Assembly: GCF_004010195.1 (NCBI RefSeq)
Contig: NC_057718.1
Coordinates: 36,517,809 to 36,581,808 of the forward strand
DNA length: 64,000 bases
Direction: 5' to 3'
From: Chiloscyllium plagiosum
Taxonomy: Eukaryota
Shown here: positions 58,301 through 64,000 of the stretch, in pieces
Position numbering within the stretch: the stretch's first letter is position 1
Layout: the number at the start of each line of letters is the position of its first letter
Notes under the pieces: generated by a model
What the model saw: the letters and a program-made list of their open reading frames with translations, nothing else
Databases searched by the model: none
Told to the model about the DNA's origin: nothing
Program-made: the position numbers and the translations under genes

Positions 58301-61300
58301 AAACTAGGAGCAGAAACAGGCAATATAGGCCCTTGAGCCTTCTCCACCATTTAAAATGATTATGGCTGATCCCATCGCGGCCTCAACTCCACTTTCTCGC
58401 CTGCTCTTCATTATCGTTCAACCCATCGATAATTAAAAATTTGTCTCCTTCTTAAATTTACTCCATGTCCTGGCATCCACCATACTGTCATGTAATGAAT
58501 TCCACATATCCATGACACTGAGAAAATTAATTTCTCTTCATCTGTTTTAATATGATCAGTTGAAGAAACCAGAACTCCAGCAATTTTCAGGACAGGGATT
58601 GTAAAGAGTCAAAAGATCAGGGTCCACTTTGATATCAATGACTTAAATTAAGGGATAAAGTCCTGAAAGCGGAGTTTAGGGAGCTAGGAACAAGACTGAA
58701 AACCAAAAATTCTAAGACAGTAATCTCATTGCTTGCAGTCCCACATGCAAGTATAGAAATAATATGATTGCACAAATTAACATGTAGGTGGAGTAATGAC
58801 GCAGGAGGGAGGGCTTTAGATTTCTGGTCAGATGAACCTTTGTGAGGATGGTTACACCTTAGCAGGACTCACACTGTCATGGGTATTTTCTTGTGGGTTA
58901 AAGATAGTTTGTCAATGGGTTGGAGCCAGAGAGGTAATACATATAAATTGGTGACAGAAACTTAAGTAAATAGGTATGATCTAGTTGCCATGAAGTAGGC
59001 ATGGCTGAAGTGTGACCAAGGTTGGAATTTGAATACTCAAGGGCATTTGATATTTAGGAAGGGCAGGCAAAAAATAAAAAAGAACTAAAACTATTATAAA
59101 AACATGCGATAACTGGATATTTCAAATTTTGGTCAGCAGTGAACATATAGTGTCTGTTAGTTACTATCGTTATAATTGTCTGCAGTGGTTCCTTGGACAA
59201 TGACAATATGACTTACAATTATTAGACAGTCAAAACAGTATTCCAGACTCCAAACTTATAAAATTAAAAATTCAGTGCCAAAGAGGTTTTTCATAAGAAA
59301 TTATGACTTGTCACAATTAGACATTCACACACATTTGAATGAACAAGCCTGTTCCCTGCCATGTTAAATGAATACAGTAAGTACCAGAATGTCATGTTTG
59401 AACACAGTCTTTCAAGGTAACAGTGTAATAAATAACATGGAGGAACAGATTAAGTCAGACAGCAACATCCTGATGTTTGTATTTAACAGTACATACAGGT
59501 TGTTCTGCTGTAACGCGTGAGGAGAAAGTGAGGTCTGCAGATGCTGGAGATCAGAGCTGGAAATGTGTTGCTGGAAAAGCGCAGCAGGTCAGGCAGCATC
59601 CAGGGAACAGGAGAATCGACGTTTCGGGCATAAGCCCTTCTTCAGGAATCCTGAAGAAGGGCTTATGCCCGAAACGTCGATTCTCCTGTTCCCTGGATGC
59701 TGCCTGACCTGTTGCGCTTTTCCAGCAACACATTTCCAGCTGCTGTAACGCGTGTTTTGTCAGCATGAATTGGCTATAAAGTGATTGATGAATTGTGGAC
59801 ATTCTTTGTGGACATTGTTTGTGGGCATCTACTGAATGGGTATACAGAGGAACCTCTATTGTCTGAACATGATGGGCAGTATTTCATTCAGATAATTGAT
59901 CACTCGGTTAACTGATTCAATGCCTGTCCTCTGGGACTCGGAGTTTTCTGAAGTTGGCTTTTTCCTCGCTCTGCCTGACTTACTTCCTCTCTCCATCTCA
60001 GGGTTTGTTTCTGAGCAGATACACACTTGTAAGGGACCAGCAGCATTGCTGTAGCCTCTCCCCACTGCTGCTTCCCGTCAATGGGATTGACAGAGTGAGC
60101 ACTTGCTATGTCCGCTCCCTATTTAGGAGACTAGGCAACACCCCCCCACCCCTGCAATGGAGAGGGCTGCCGAATTGGACACCAACAGCGTTTTTCTTTG
60201 GTGGTGGTGGTTGGGGGGGGGGGGGGGGAAAGAGAGGGGGTGAATCTCAAAATAACACACACACAGCTGCACACCCAACATGTGGACAAGCCCCCCTTCT
60301 GCCCTGTACGGGACAATGTTGGAGAGGTTATCTGGGGAATGGGGGTATAGGGCACACACCTGTGTAGAACTCCAGGGAAAGTGTCGGGTGGTCAGTCATT
60401 TGGATTCAGTGCCTGGGTTTCAGGATGGTCCACGACTGTTCTCAGCAGCATTTCAGTAAGCCAAATTCACTTTTAATCATTGTAAGCAAAAGACGTGATC
60501 AGTATTGGTAACACCTCTTTAATGTAATGTTTCTATCAGGATCTTGAGATCTTCTTCGAATAATCAAGGCTCCACTGTAATGATTTTGTATTAGCGATCT
60601 TCTACCGTGCAATTTTCTATAGCGCAAATTTGCGGGGGAACCCAACTGTCGCGTTATAGCTGAATAACCTGTATACTGATGGCAGTTGTTCTCCTATTGT
60701 CATTTTAATACAGCAATTGCTGATGTCTACACCATTATTCTTACTGCAAAACCTGTGTCATGCTCATTCTTTCTGCCTTAACAGAAATGATACTCTTATA
60801 CAAAGATTACTTTGTAAACACAGCAACTTCTGGTTACAATTATACGTAGTTCTCCCATAACGCTGCAGTTGTGCCACAGTTCCAGCAAAACTTTGCTTAA
60901 TAGAAATAATGTTCTATGGGAAAAGTGAGGTACAGACCGGCAAAAAATATTGCTCAAAAATCATTCAAGTCTAATGTAAAGTATAGCACAGCCTGAATGA
61001 AGGCTGAAATCATATTTATTAACAAAACAAAAGTAAATTTAACACGGTAAATTTAAATAAAATCCAAGAAAGTTGCTCTCTTATAGTACCTTTCACAGAA
61101 AGCTGCTCTGCTGGCAACTGATATTGTGCATGCCCAGAACATCACAGAGACATCGGCACATATGCAGAATGGCACAAAGACTGGCACCAACGTATTGCAT
61201 GCGCAGACACTAGCGCAGAACCGTAAGAACACCGGTGCATGCACGAAACAGCGCAAAGATTTTGGCTCGCATGTCGGTGCATGCACAGAATGAAGCACAT

Positions 61301-61601
61301 AAACCAATCTCCACAGGAATCGTGCTATTGCCAACGGAGATAAGCATTCTCCAAAATAATGTTCCCTAATTCTTCAGTGACGTTATAGCCAATCGTGCTA
61401 CCAAAATGCACGTTATCCCAGAACTACCTGCATAAGGGAAAATAAGCTTACCATTTAACACAATCTGTGTGCCCTAGATAATGCCTTTGAGTCCTCTCCT
61501 CAACATTGTACAGCACCACAATAGATGCTATAAAATAGATAATTTCTCCAGTTGGGAGGAGGTAGATATTGGAACGACAGTCCCTTCCTCGATAGCCATA
61601 T
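4220..61601 (-). CDS. EML4: EML4, partial: 13 internal coding exons (equivalent to human exons 8-20), HELP motif plus WD40 repeats
   Basis: Exons of 150,70,111,96,135,136,152,126,132,68,89,98,88 nt (1451 nt), all AG/GT bounded, join in one frame from YGYRGRDCRSN to SNSGDYEILY. EERTQRHYLGHTDCVKC, GVDKDGRPLQPH, GTSRNFILRGTFNDGFQIEVQ and ATHPFKDL match EML4 as I recall it, not EML1/2/3. Confidence 0.95.
8230..9845 (+). mobile_element. Heavily decayed Ty3/Gypsy-like LTR retrotransposon internal region (gag-protease)
   Basis: Frameshifted remnants resembling gag (RDDLIRDQ near 8760), a CCHC knuckle (GK....K.NH.A..C near 9085-9127) and a protease-like DCGATCN near 9273. Confidence 0.5.
9467..9680. 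mobile_element. Tigger/pogo-type MITE, MER44-like
   Basis: TA on both sides; imperfect TIRs CAGGGGAACCCCCACATC / GATATGGGGGACACCTG; internal cccgaaaatatt...attccagaaataa and ggtcttggaacgta. Confidence 0.75.
9850..11150. mobile_element. Cluster of old CR1-type 3' fragments in both orientations
   Basis: Reverse 3' tail near 9850-10000; forward degraded C-terminal and 3' UTR pieces at 10005-10375 and 10600-11150. Confidence 0.6.
12545..12990 (-). mobile_element. Non-LTR retrotransposon 3' end (Rex1/L2-like), degraded
   Basis: Resembles the reverse complement of a LINE C-terminus plus tail (aacagcttcttccctgctgttatcagattcttgaatgga; caaatcaaaatc tail); family uncertain. Confidence 0.5.
13150..13830 (-). 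mobile_element. Penelope-like element fragment (linker plus GIY-YIG endonuclease)
   Basis: Minus strand gives RRYNTCPF...FTCTSLNLMFCIGC then LYIGETKRKLGDRF, a PLE GIY-YIG pattern. Confidence 0.8.
14000..15262 (+). mobile_element. CR1-type LINE, 5'-truncated, relatively well preserved
   Basis: SGVPQG..LGPL.F, SKFADD, LVRPLLEYCVQFWSP, RLRGDL; ends in ctctatgactctat tail. Confidence 0.92.
15870..16511 (+). mobile_element. Probable solo LTR
   Basis: Starts TGTGA, ends TAACA, AATAAA near 16362, interrupts a CR1 fragment; no perfect TSD (taag/aaag). Confidence 0.45.
16820..17013 (-). mobile_element. HE1-like (V-SINE) shark SINE, 5'-truncated
   Basis: (TTAGA)n tail and body near-identical to the copy at 37110-37335. 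Confidence 0.8.
17936..18153. mobile_element. Fold-back PLE-derived element with hammerhead motifs
   Basis: Imperfect inverted arms centred near 18056; 14-bp flanking direct repeat taagactgcaggag (17922-17935) / taagattgcaggag (18154-18167). Confidence 0.8.
18904..19001 (-). CDS. EML4: EML4 exon (exon 19 equivalent)
   Basis: tacag|ATGGTA...TGCACT|gtgagt; GNYLAVGSHDNFIYIYTVAENGRKYSRQGKCT; 98 nt. Confidence 0.96.
19700..20000 (-). mobile_element. Old tRNA-derived SINE-like repeat
   Basis: Reverse strand begins with a tRNA-like head (atagtgacattgtcactagaccaataatcc); related remnant near 41640-41800. Confidence 0.55.
20240..20405. mobile_element. PLE tail with partial inverted duplication; same family as 26510-28600
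   Basis: 20276-20357 matches 26512-26593; arms 20276-20318 and 20364-20405 are inverted; degenerate hammerhead on the minus strand. Confidence 0.8.
21600..25447 (+). mobile_element. Near full-length but decayed CR1-type LINE
   Basis: Sequential ORF1-like, endonuclease and RT remnants (QHGFTKGKSCL, SGVPQGSV), C-terminus, and 3' tail ccaaatggcctacttctgctcctattttctatg. Confidence 0.85.
25448..26014 (+). mobile_element. 5'-truncated Penelope-like element: intact GIY-YIG domain plus 3' tail with hammerhead
   Basis: Open frame VVYKIPCKDCTKHYIGQTGRQLTIRIHEH...REFLEAW...SIN; 10-bp TSD tctatgtatc (25438-25447 / 26015-26024). Confidence 0.92.
25907..25946 (+). ncRNA. Minimal type I hammerhead ribozyme motif in PLE tail
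   Basis: GCA-CTGATGA-T-GTCgCCT(agcc)AGGgGAC-GAAAC-GTT-TGC: core boxes intact, helix I GCA/TGC, palindromic AACGTT. Confidence 0.75.
26135..26223 (-). CDS. EML4: EML4 exon (exon 18 equivalent)
   Basis: aacag|GTGGTTT...TCTCCAG|gtaatt; WFVLDAETKDLVSIHTDGNEQLSVMRYSP(D); 89 nt. Confidence 0.96.
26510..28600 (-). mobile_element. Penelope-like element (RT, GIY-YIG and 3' tail), disrupted
   Basis: Minus strand motifs MDVSVLYTSIPH, QYANFFM, YTRYIDDIVFLWTH (near 28170-28190), YSCDSANVVYLISC..WYIGET; tail with degenerate hammerhead at about 26561-26595; 4 Ns at 27041-27044. Confidence 0.9.
29635..29846. mobile_element. Fold-back PLE-derived element with hammerhead motif
   Basis: Inverted arms of about 88 bp (29669-29756 / 29760-29847); perfect 14-bp TSD cattgtatttaaaa (29621-29634 / 29847-29860). 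Confidence 0.9.
32880..34335 (-). mobile_element. CR1-type LINE, 5'-truncated
   Basis: GKILESIVKD..., QH.FIKGRSCLTNL, LAKFADDTKIG; tail at 32880. Confidence 0.9.
34815..34894 (+). mobile_element. Very short PLE tail fragment (same family as the fold-backs, no hammerhead)
   Basis: gatgctgcctgacctgctgcgcttttccagcaacac...ccagcatctgcagtcctcactttctc flanked by direct repeat ctaagag. Confidence 0.75.
35454..35521 (-). CDS. EML4: EML4 exon (exon 17 equivalent)
   Basis: tttag|GAACCA...GGCAG|gtaaat; EPGHCAEFHPSGVVVAIGTHSG(R); 68 nt. Confidence 0.96.
36144..36275 (-). CDS. EML4: EML4 exon (exon 16 equivalent)
   Basis: ggcag|GGTCAT...TTGGAT|gtaatt; GHTDELWGLATHPFKDLFLTCAQDRQVCLWNSVDHTLEWNKLLD; 132 nt. 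Confidence 0.96.
36756..36881 (-). CDS. EML4: EML4 exon (exon 15 equivalent)
   Basis: tctag|GTCCCT...GTACAG|gtgagt; VPDQFGAIRAVAEGKGDQFLIGTSRNFILRGTFNDGFQIEVQ; 126 nt. Confidence 0.96.
37110..37335 (-). mobile_element. HE1-like (V-SINE) shark SINE
   Basis: (TTAGA)n tail, body matches 16820-17013. Confidence 0.8.
37399..37550 (-). CDS. EML4: EML4 exon (exon 14 equivalent)
   Basis: tttag|GGGTAT...ATTGAG|gtaaaa; VYQISRQIKAHDGSVFTLCQMRNGMLLTGGGKDRKIILWDHDLVAEREIE; 152 nt. Confidence 0.96.
37928..37948. repeat. (AT)n microsatellite
   Basis: About 10 AT units. Confidence 0.9.
38520..41560 (-). mobile_element. Long decayed CR1-type LINE
   Basis: Endonuclease (GDF.F..I, AKLDLL.GN, GASDHNSI) and RT (FSKVFD.V, TKFAD.TKIG) remnants in ORF track. 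Confidence 0.85.
41956..42091 (-). CDS. EML4: EML4 exon (exon 13 equivalent)
   Basis: ttcag|AAATAT...ACCAAAG|gtaagt; KYEKPKFIQCLAFLENGNVLTGDSGGIMLIWNRTTVETAQGKGTK(G); 136 nt. Confidence 0.96.
44251..44741. mobile_element. Fold-back PLE-derived element with two intact hammerhead motifs
   Basis: 152-bp inverted arms (44286-44437 / 44590-44741); 14-bp TSD gtagaaaaaataca / gtagaaaaattaca. Confidence 0.9.
44648..44683 (+). ncRNA. Minimal type I hammerhead motif (mirror copy at 44344-44379 on minus strand)
   Basis: ATTC-CTGAAGA-A-GGGC(ctgt)GCCC-GAAAC-GTC-GAAT; helix I ATTC/GAAT, GUC triplet. Confidence 0.8.
45167..45301 (-). CDS. EML4: EML4 exon (exon 12 equivalent)
   Basis: aacag|AGTACC...TTTGGG|gtaagt; STNESVLAADFHPTDPNTIVTCGKSHVFFWTWNGNSLARKQGIFG; 135 nt. 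Confidence 0.96.
45700..46030 (+). mobile_element. CR1-type LINE 3' fragment
   Basis: MFPL...SRT.GHNLRIRG....EM.RNFF.Q. Confidence 0.8.
46518..46613 (-). CDS. EML4: EML4 exon (exon 11 equivalent)
   Basis: attag|GACTCA...ATAAAG|gtatgt; DSGTHLCVVDDSNEHMLTVWEWQKKSKIAEIK; 96 nt. Confidence 0.96.
47000..47790. mobile_element. CR1-type fragments (RT piece on plus, probable ORF1 piece on minus)
   Basis: DKSPGPD and AKFSDETKI remnants; 47400-47790 resembles the reverse of the CR1 5' region. Confidence 0.6.
48292..48473. mobile_element. Older asymmetric fold-back PLE tail with decayed hammerhead
   Basis: Inverted aaaacagaaattgc.ggaaaaa arms; CTGAAGGAGGATCACTGGACCAGAAATATT; 10-bp direct repeat tactggatca on both sides. 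Confidence 0.65.
49164..49274 (-). CDS. EML4: EML4 exon (exon 10 equivalent)
   Basis: ttcag|CCCCTA...AAAGCA|gtaagt; PLQPHVRVWDSVSLATLQIIGLGTFERGVGSLAFSKA; 111 nt. Confidence 0.96.
49370..50015 (+). mobile_element. CR1-type LINE 3' fragment
   Basis: LYKMLVRPLLEY.VQ.W.PHY.KDVEAL.RV. Confidence 0.85.
50285..51447 (+). mobile_element. Two adjacent CR1-type 3' fragments
   Basis: KFADDTKIG...LEYCVQFWS; tails near 51160 and 51440. Confidence 0.85.
52630..53240 (-). mobile_element. Degraded CR1-type 3' fragment
   Basis: Reverse tail at 52625-52680 and decayed C-terminal motifs. Confidence 0.65.
53255..53430 (-). mobile_element. LINE-like 3' fragment; second copy at 63760-64000
   Basis: Shared ccctag.tgcccttgaa...ggtgg...agct.....gaactgctgcagt sequence. 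Confidence 0.6.
53463..53532 (-). CDS. EML4: EML4 exon (exon 9 equivalent)
   Basis: tgcag|CCTTGCA...GGAAGA|gtaagt; LAVHPDKIKIATGQIAGVDKDGR; 70 nt. Confidence 0.96.
54095..54422 (+). mobile_element. tRNA-derived SINE (HE1/V-SINE-like), full length, diverged
   Basis: A-box/B-box-like head (gcctcagcagttagtactgctgcctcacagc...gttcaattcc), gtggagtttgcatgttctcccc core, CR1-like tail. Confidence 0.75.
54792..55110 (+). mobile_element. 5'-truncated PLE: GIY-YIG C-terminus joined to hammerhead tail
   Basis: PVAQHFN..SHS..DMQILGL...RRLEEE.LIFHLGTLQPQGIN; CTGAAGAAGGGCTTTTGCCCGAAACGTCG at 54984-55012; perfect 14-bp TSD gagcagcagtattc (54778-54791 / 55111-55124). Confidence 0.9.
55810..57840 (-). mobile_element. 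Decayed CR1-type LINE
   Basis: GSSDHNSISFKI, LVRPLLEYCIQFWSP and RT remnants in ORF track. Confidence 0.88.
58290..59070. mobile_element. CR1-type fragments (3' tail on minus, ORF1/ORF2 junction piece on plus)
   Basis: Similar to 32880-33140 and to 22200-22780. Confidence 0.6.
59520..59741. mobile_element. Fold-back PLE-derived element with two intact hammerhead motifs
   Basis: 92-bp arms (59555-59646 / 59650-59741, one mismatch seen), 3-nt spacer; 15-bp TSD ctgctgtaacgcgtg (59505-59519 / 59740-59754). Confidence 0.92.
59646..59683 (+). ncRNA. Minimal type I hammerhead motif (mirror copy about 59614-59649 on minus strand)
   Basis: GAATC-CTGAAGA-A-GGGC(ttat)GCCC-GAAAC-GTC-GATTC. Confidence 0.8.
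60843..61430. mobile_element. Second Tigger-like MITE with related TIRs and internal minisatellite
   Basis: gtagttctcccataacg / cgttatcccagaactacctg inverted ends; repeated (cgg)tgcatgc.caga units at about 61125-61290. Confidence 0.6.
61452..61601 (-). CDS. EML4: EML4 exon (human exon 8 equivalent), HELP motif
   Basis: aatag|ATATGGC...GTTAAATG|gtaagc; YGYRGRDCRSNIYLLPTGEIIYFIASIVVLYNVEERTQRHYLGHTDCVKC; 150 nt. Confidence 0.96.
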
Positions 61602-61622
61602 CTATTTTCGGTTAGTTAAGGC
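61602..61622 (-). promoter_or_regulatory. Putative U12-type branch point and 3' splice site
   Basis: Minus strand reads gcCTTAACtaaccgaaaatAG|: CCTTAAC (61615-61621) ends 13 nt before the exon, and there is no polypyrimidine tract. Confidence 0.7.
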
Positions 61623-61761
61623 CGTATTCAAAAGAAATATATTTAATGCACCATGAACTTTGTGCTTAATGACCGAACAAGTCTATCTAGTAAGCAATTG
61701 AGTTGTACAGCCTAGAAGAGGCCACTCTGATACAAACATAAAGCAATACAAGTAGCTGCTT

Positions 61762-62472
61762 CCTTGTGAGAAACAGAGCTCACAATATAATAAATTTCAA
61801 TCCGAGTCAAATTTTGAAGCAGCGAATTTTATTGAAATGTTCTTGCAAGAAGGGGTGACGAGCAAGTAGCCACGGCAATCCAGAAATCACTCCACAATTT
61901 ATACAGTTTAATTCTCGGTAGTGGCCCGTTTATCTTATTGGCCTTCAAACCTATCAATATTCCTTATTGTGTTCTGTCCCTGCCCAGGTGCGCTCCGCCC
62001 TTGTTTACTTCTCCCCCTATTCCAAACCAGGCGACCCTCCCCCCTATAAGTGACTTGGTTCGCCTCAGTGCTGACATGAGGGAAATTTGCTGAGCTTGGA
62101 ATATCTTGATGTTCTTCTTCAACTTATCTATTTGTCTGTAACATCTTCCATTGTATGCAGGCACGTTCCATTCTTGTATGCACATTTTAGCTAACTCAGA
62201 AGAAACTATGTATCCCTTTACATAGTCTTTGTTCTTGCATATACATTTTAGCTAACTCAGCTCTTTGCTGAAACAATTATACACTGGTGTAGGTTAGTTC
62301 ATTCACCTTGCATAAGCAATTATGCTTGCAGAAGTAATACTACTTTACCTATATCCCATATTCCTGAAACTAAATAGCTTGAAAGTACTTACAGTGAAGA
62401 CAAACTGCTTGTTTCGTAAGAACCCATACAACTGCTTGTTTCGTACGAAAAACTGTTTTTTACCTCACAAGG
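61762..62472. mobile_element. Unclassified 0.7-kb element (solo LTR or short-TIR element)
   Basis: 9-bp inverted termini CCTTGTGAG / CTCACAAGG containing TG..CA; two internal direct repeats; AATAAA on minus strand near 61828. Confidence 0.45.
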
Positions 62473-63759
62473 TTAGAGGTCCCCGGTATCAACCGTTAAA
62501 TCAGTTCAATATTGGAACTAATCATTGTCAGAACTAAGGAAACTGATTAAAGGGCAGAACTGGAGCCTGCTAGGACCAGAGTTATTTTCTCCTACTTGCT
62601 ACTACAAACAAACTTTTGCTAAGGAATTAAGGTTGATTGATAACTTCTGCAAAGTAGTTAGAGGTGCATTCATTTAGCATGCGTCCTTGAAAAAAATTCT
62701 CTCAGTTTACGAACTGTCTAATGAACATGAAGTTTGCAAGACCGCTGTGTGCTGGGAAAAGTTCTTGTGGTGTAAAATGGAATAGCGAAGTGGGTCTTGT
62801 GATTCATTCTGAATCTTGCTTGATAACAAGTCTGGGTCGATTGATTACTATGGGGGGATGAGATCAAAACGGATGTATTGGGAAGATAATGCAAGATGTT
62901 TGAAGTGGATAACCTCAATAGAAGGAGACAGAAAGGCCATTTGTCTTTAATGTTCACCATGCAAAATACTTGTGCGCAGATGGAGAGTGCAGGATAGTGA
63001 AGCTATTGCAGGGTTCATAGATTCACCTAGTTTTGGAGAGAGGAAGGGCTGTCTGGGATGACCCTCAGTGAAAACTAATTCAGGGATTAGAAATTATCAG
63101 CTGGCAAAAGAGAAAGGAAGTAAGGCATCAGGGACTCAGGTTATGTTTGGACTTTTTTTTTTAAAGAGAATCCTGTTCAATTAAGGGACAGAAGAGAGTA
63201 TAACCATGGAGATGAATTGTCGGTTATTTAAAAGTTGAACGGAGCATCTTTTCTGTTGTTTAGAGTATAAATTACTTATTGAAGTGAGAGATGGTGGTTT
63301 TAGTTTATTACAGAAGTCTTAGTGAATTCTTGTGAAATCTTTTCAGTCAATGGAAATTCAAGTATCTTTTTAAAAGCTTTGGCCTCTATTAGAATTTTAC
63401 CAACTGAAGTGTGGTTTTTAAAACCTTATTTTCCTCAAAGAATTTTATTTTAACAAATAGTATTGTTACTTAATAGGAGTAGTTATAATCTACAAGACTG
63501 GCAATGGGTTTATTTTTTGATGTAAGAACGATGTTTCTGAACAAGTGTCAAACACCCTTATGACTTGACAGGATTATCAAAGATTATCTACAAATCCTTT
63601 CACTGACTTGCTTCATATCTCTCCTGTACCATTTATTCCTCTAACCTCATCACCTTTACTCTACCAATTCTAGTTCAAAGGACAAAGTTGTCATTTGCCT
63701 CAGCCCTTGTCCCTACCAATCTGACATTAAGCCTCTTCAGTTGTCCCTTTTAAAAAAAA

Positions 63760-64000
63760 CTCATTCATTTGATATGGGCATTGCTGGCTAGCGTTTATTG
63801 CTTGTCCCTAGTTGCCCTTGAAGGTGGTAGCAAGCTGCCTTTTTGAACTGCTGCAGTTGTGTGCTATACATAGACCTGCAATGCTCTAAAGGAAGGAATT
63901 CTAGCATCTCAACCCAGGACACTGAAGGAACCATGATATATTTCCAAGTCAGGATGGTGAGTGACTTGGATTGGGAACTTTCAGGTTGTGGGGTTCCCAT
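63760..64000 (-). mobile_element. LINE-like 3' fragment running off the window end
   Basis: Matches 53255-53430; LQQFKKAA..HL.G ORF remnant. Confidence 0.6.

Larger units (their letters stand above)
59496..60671. mobile_element. Non-autonomous Tc1/mariner (Tigger-like) DNA transposon
   Basis: TA flanks; TIRs CAGGTTGTTCTGCTGTAACGCG vs reverse CAGGTTATTCAGCTATAACGCG (19/22 identical). Confidence 0.8.

Noticed and set aside
59477..59802. Similar small ORFs on both strands (also at 44393-44708), resembling a sense/antisense gene pair
   Set aside because: They are a by-product of the palindromic DNA; there is no independent coding evidence.
1..64000. CRISPR arrays, tRNA or rRNA genes, prokaryotic systems
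   Set aside because: No repeat-spacer array or rRNA was seen; tRNA-like stretches are SINE heads and the DNA is vertebrate intronic sequence.

Overview
Eukaryotic genomic DNA, about 40% GC by eye and repeat-rich; the repeat families point to a cartilaginous fish (shark). The window lies inside one minus-strand gene, EML4 (echinoderm microtubule-associated protein-like 4). I read 13 consecutive coding exons totalling 1451 nt. They splice in frame through the HELP motif and WD40/TAPE repeats and correspond to human exons 8-20; both ends of the gene are outside the window. The introns hold CR1-type LINE fragments, tRNA-derived SINEs, Tigger/pogo-like MITEs, a decayed Gypsy element and many Penelope-like element (PLE) pieces. 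The most notable signal is a set of minimal type I hammerhead ribozyme motifs from about five or six PLE families. They differ in helix II sequence but share a palindromic helix III. Several sit in short fold-back insertions with 14-15 bp target-site duplications, so the motif is present on both strands. The acceptor of the first exon in the window also looks like a U12 (minor spliceosome) 3' end. Repeat boundaries are approximate, family names come from recognition, and no database search was run.
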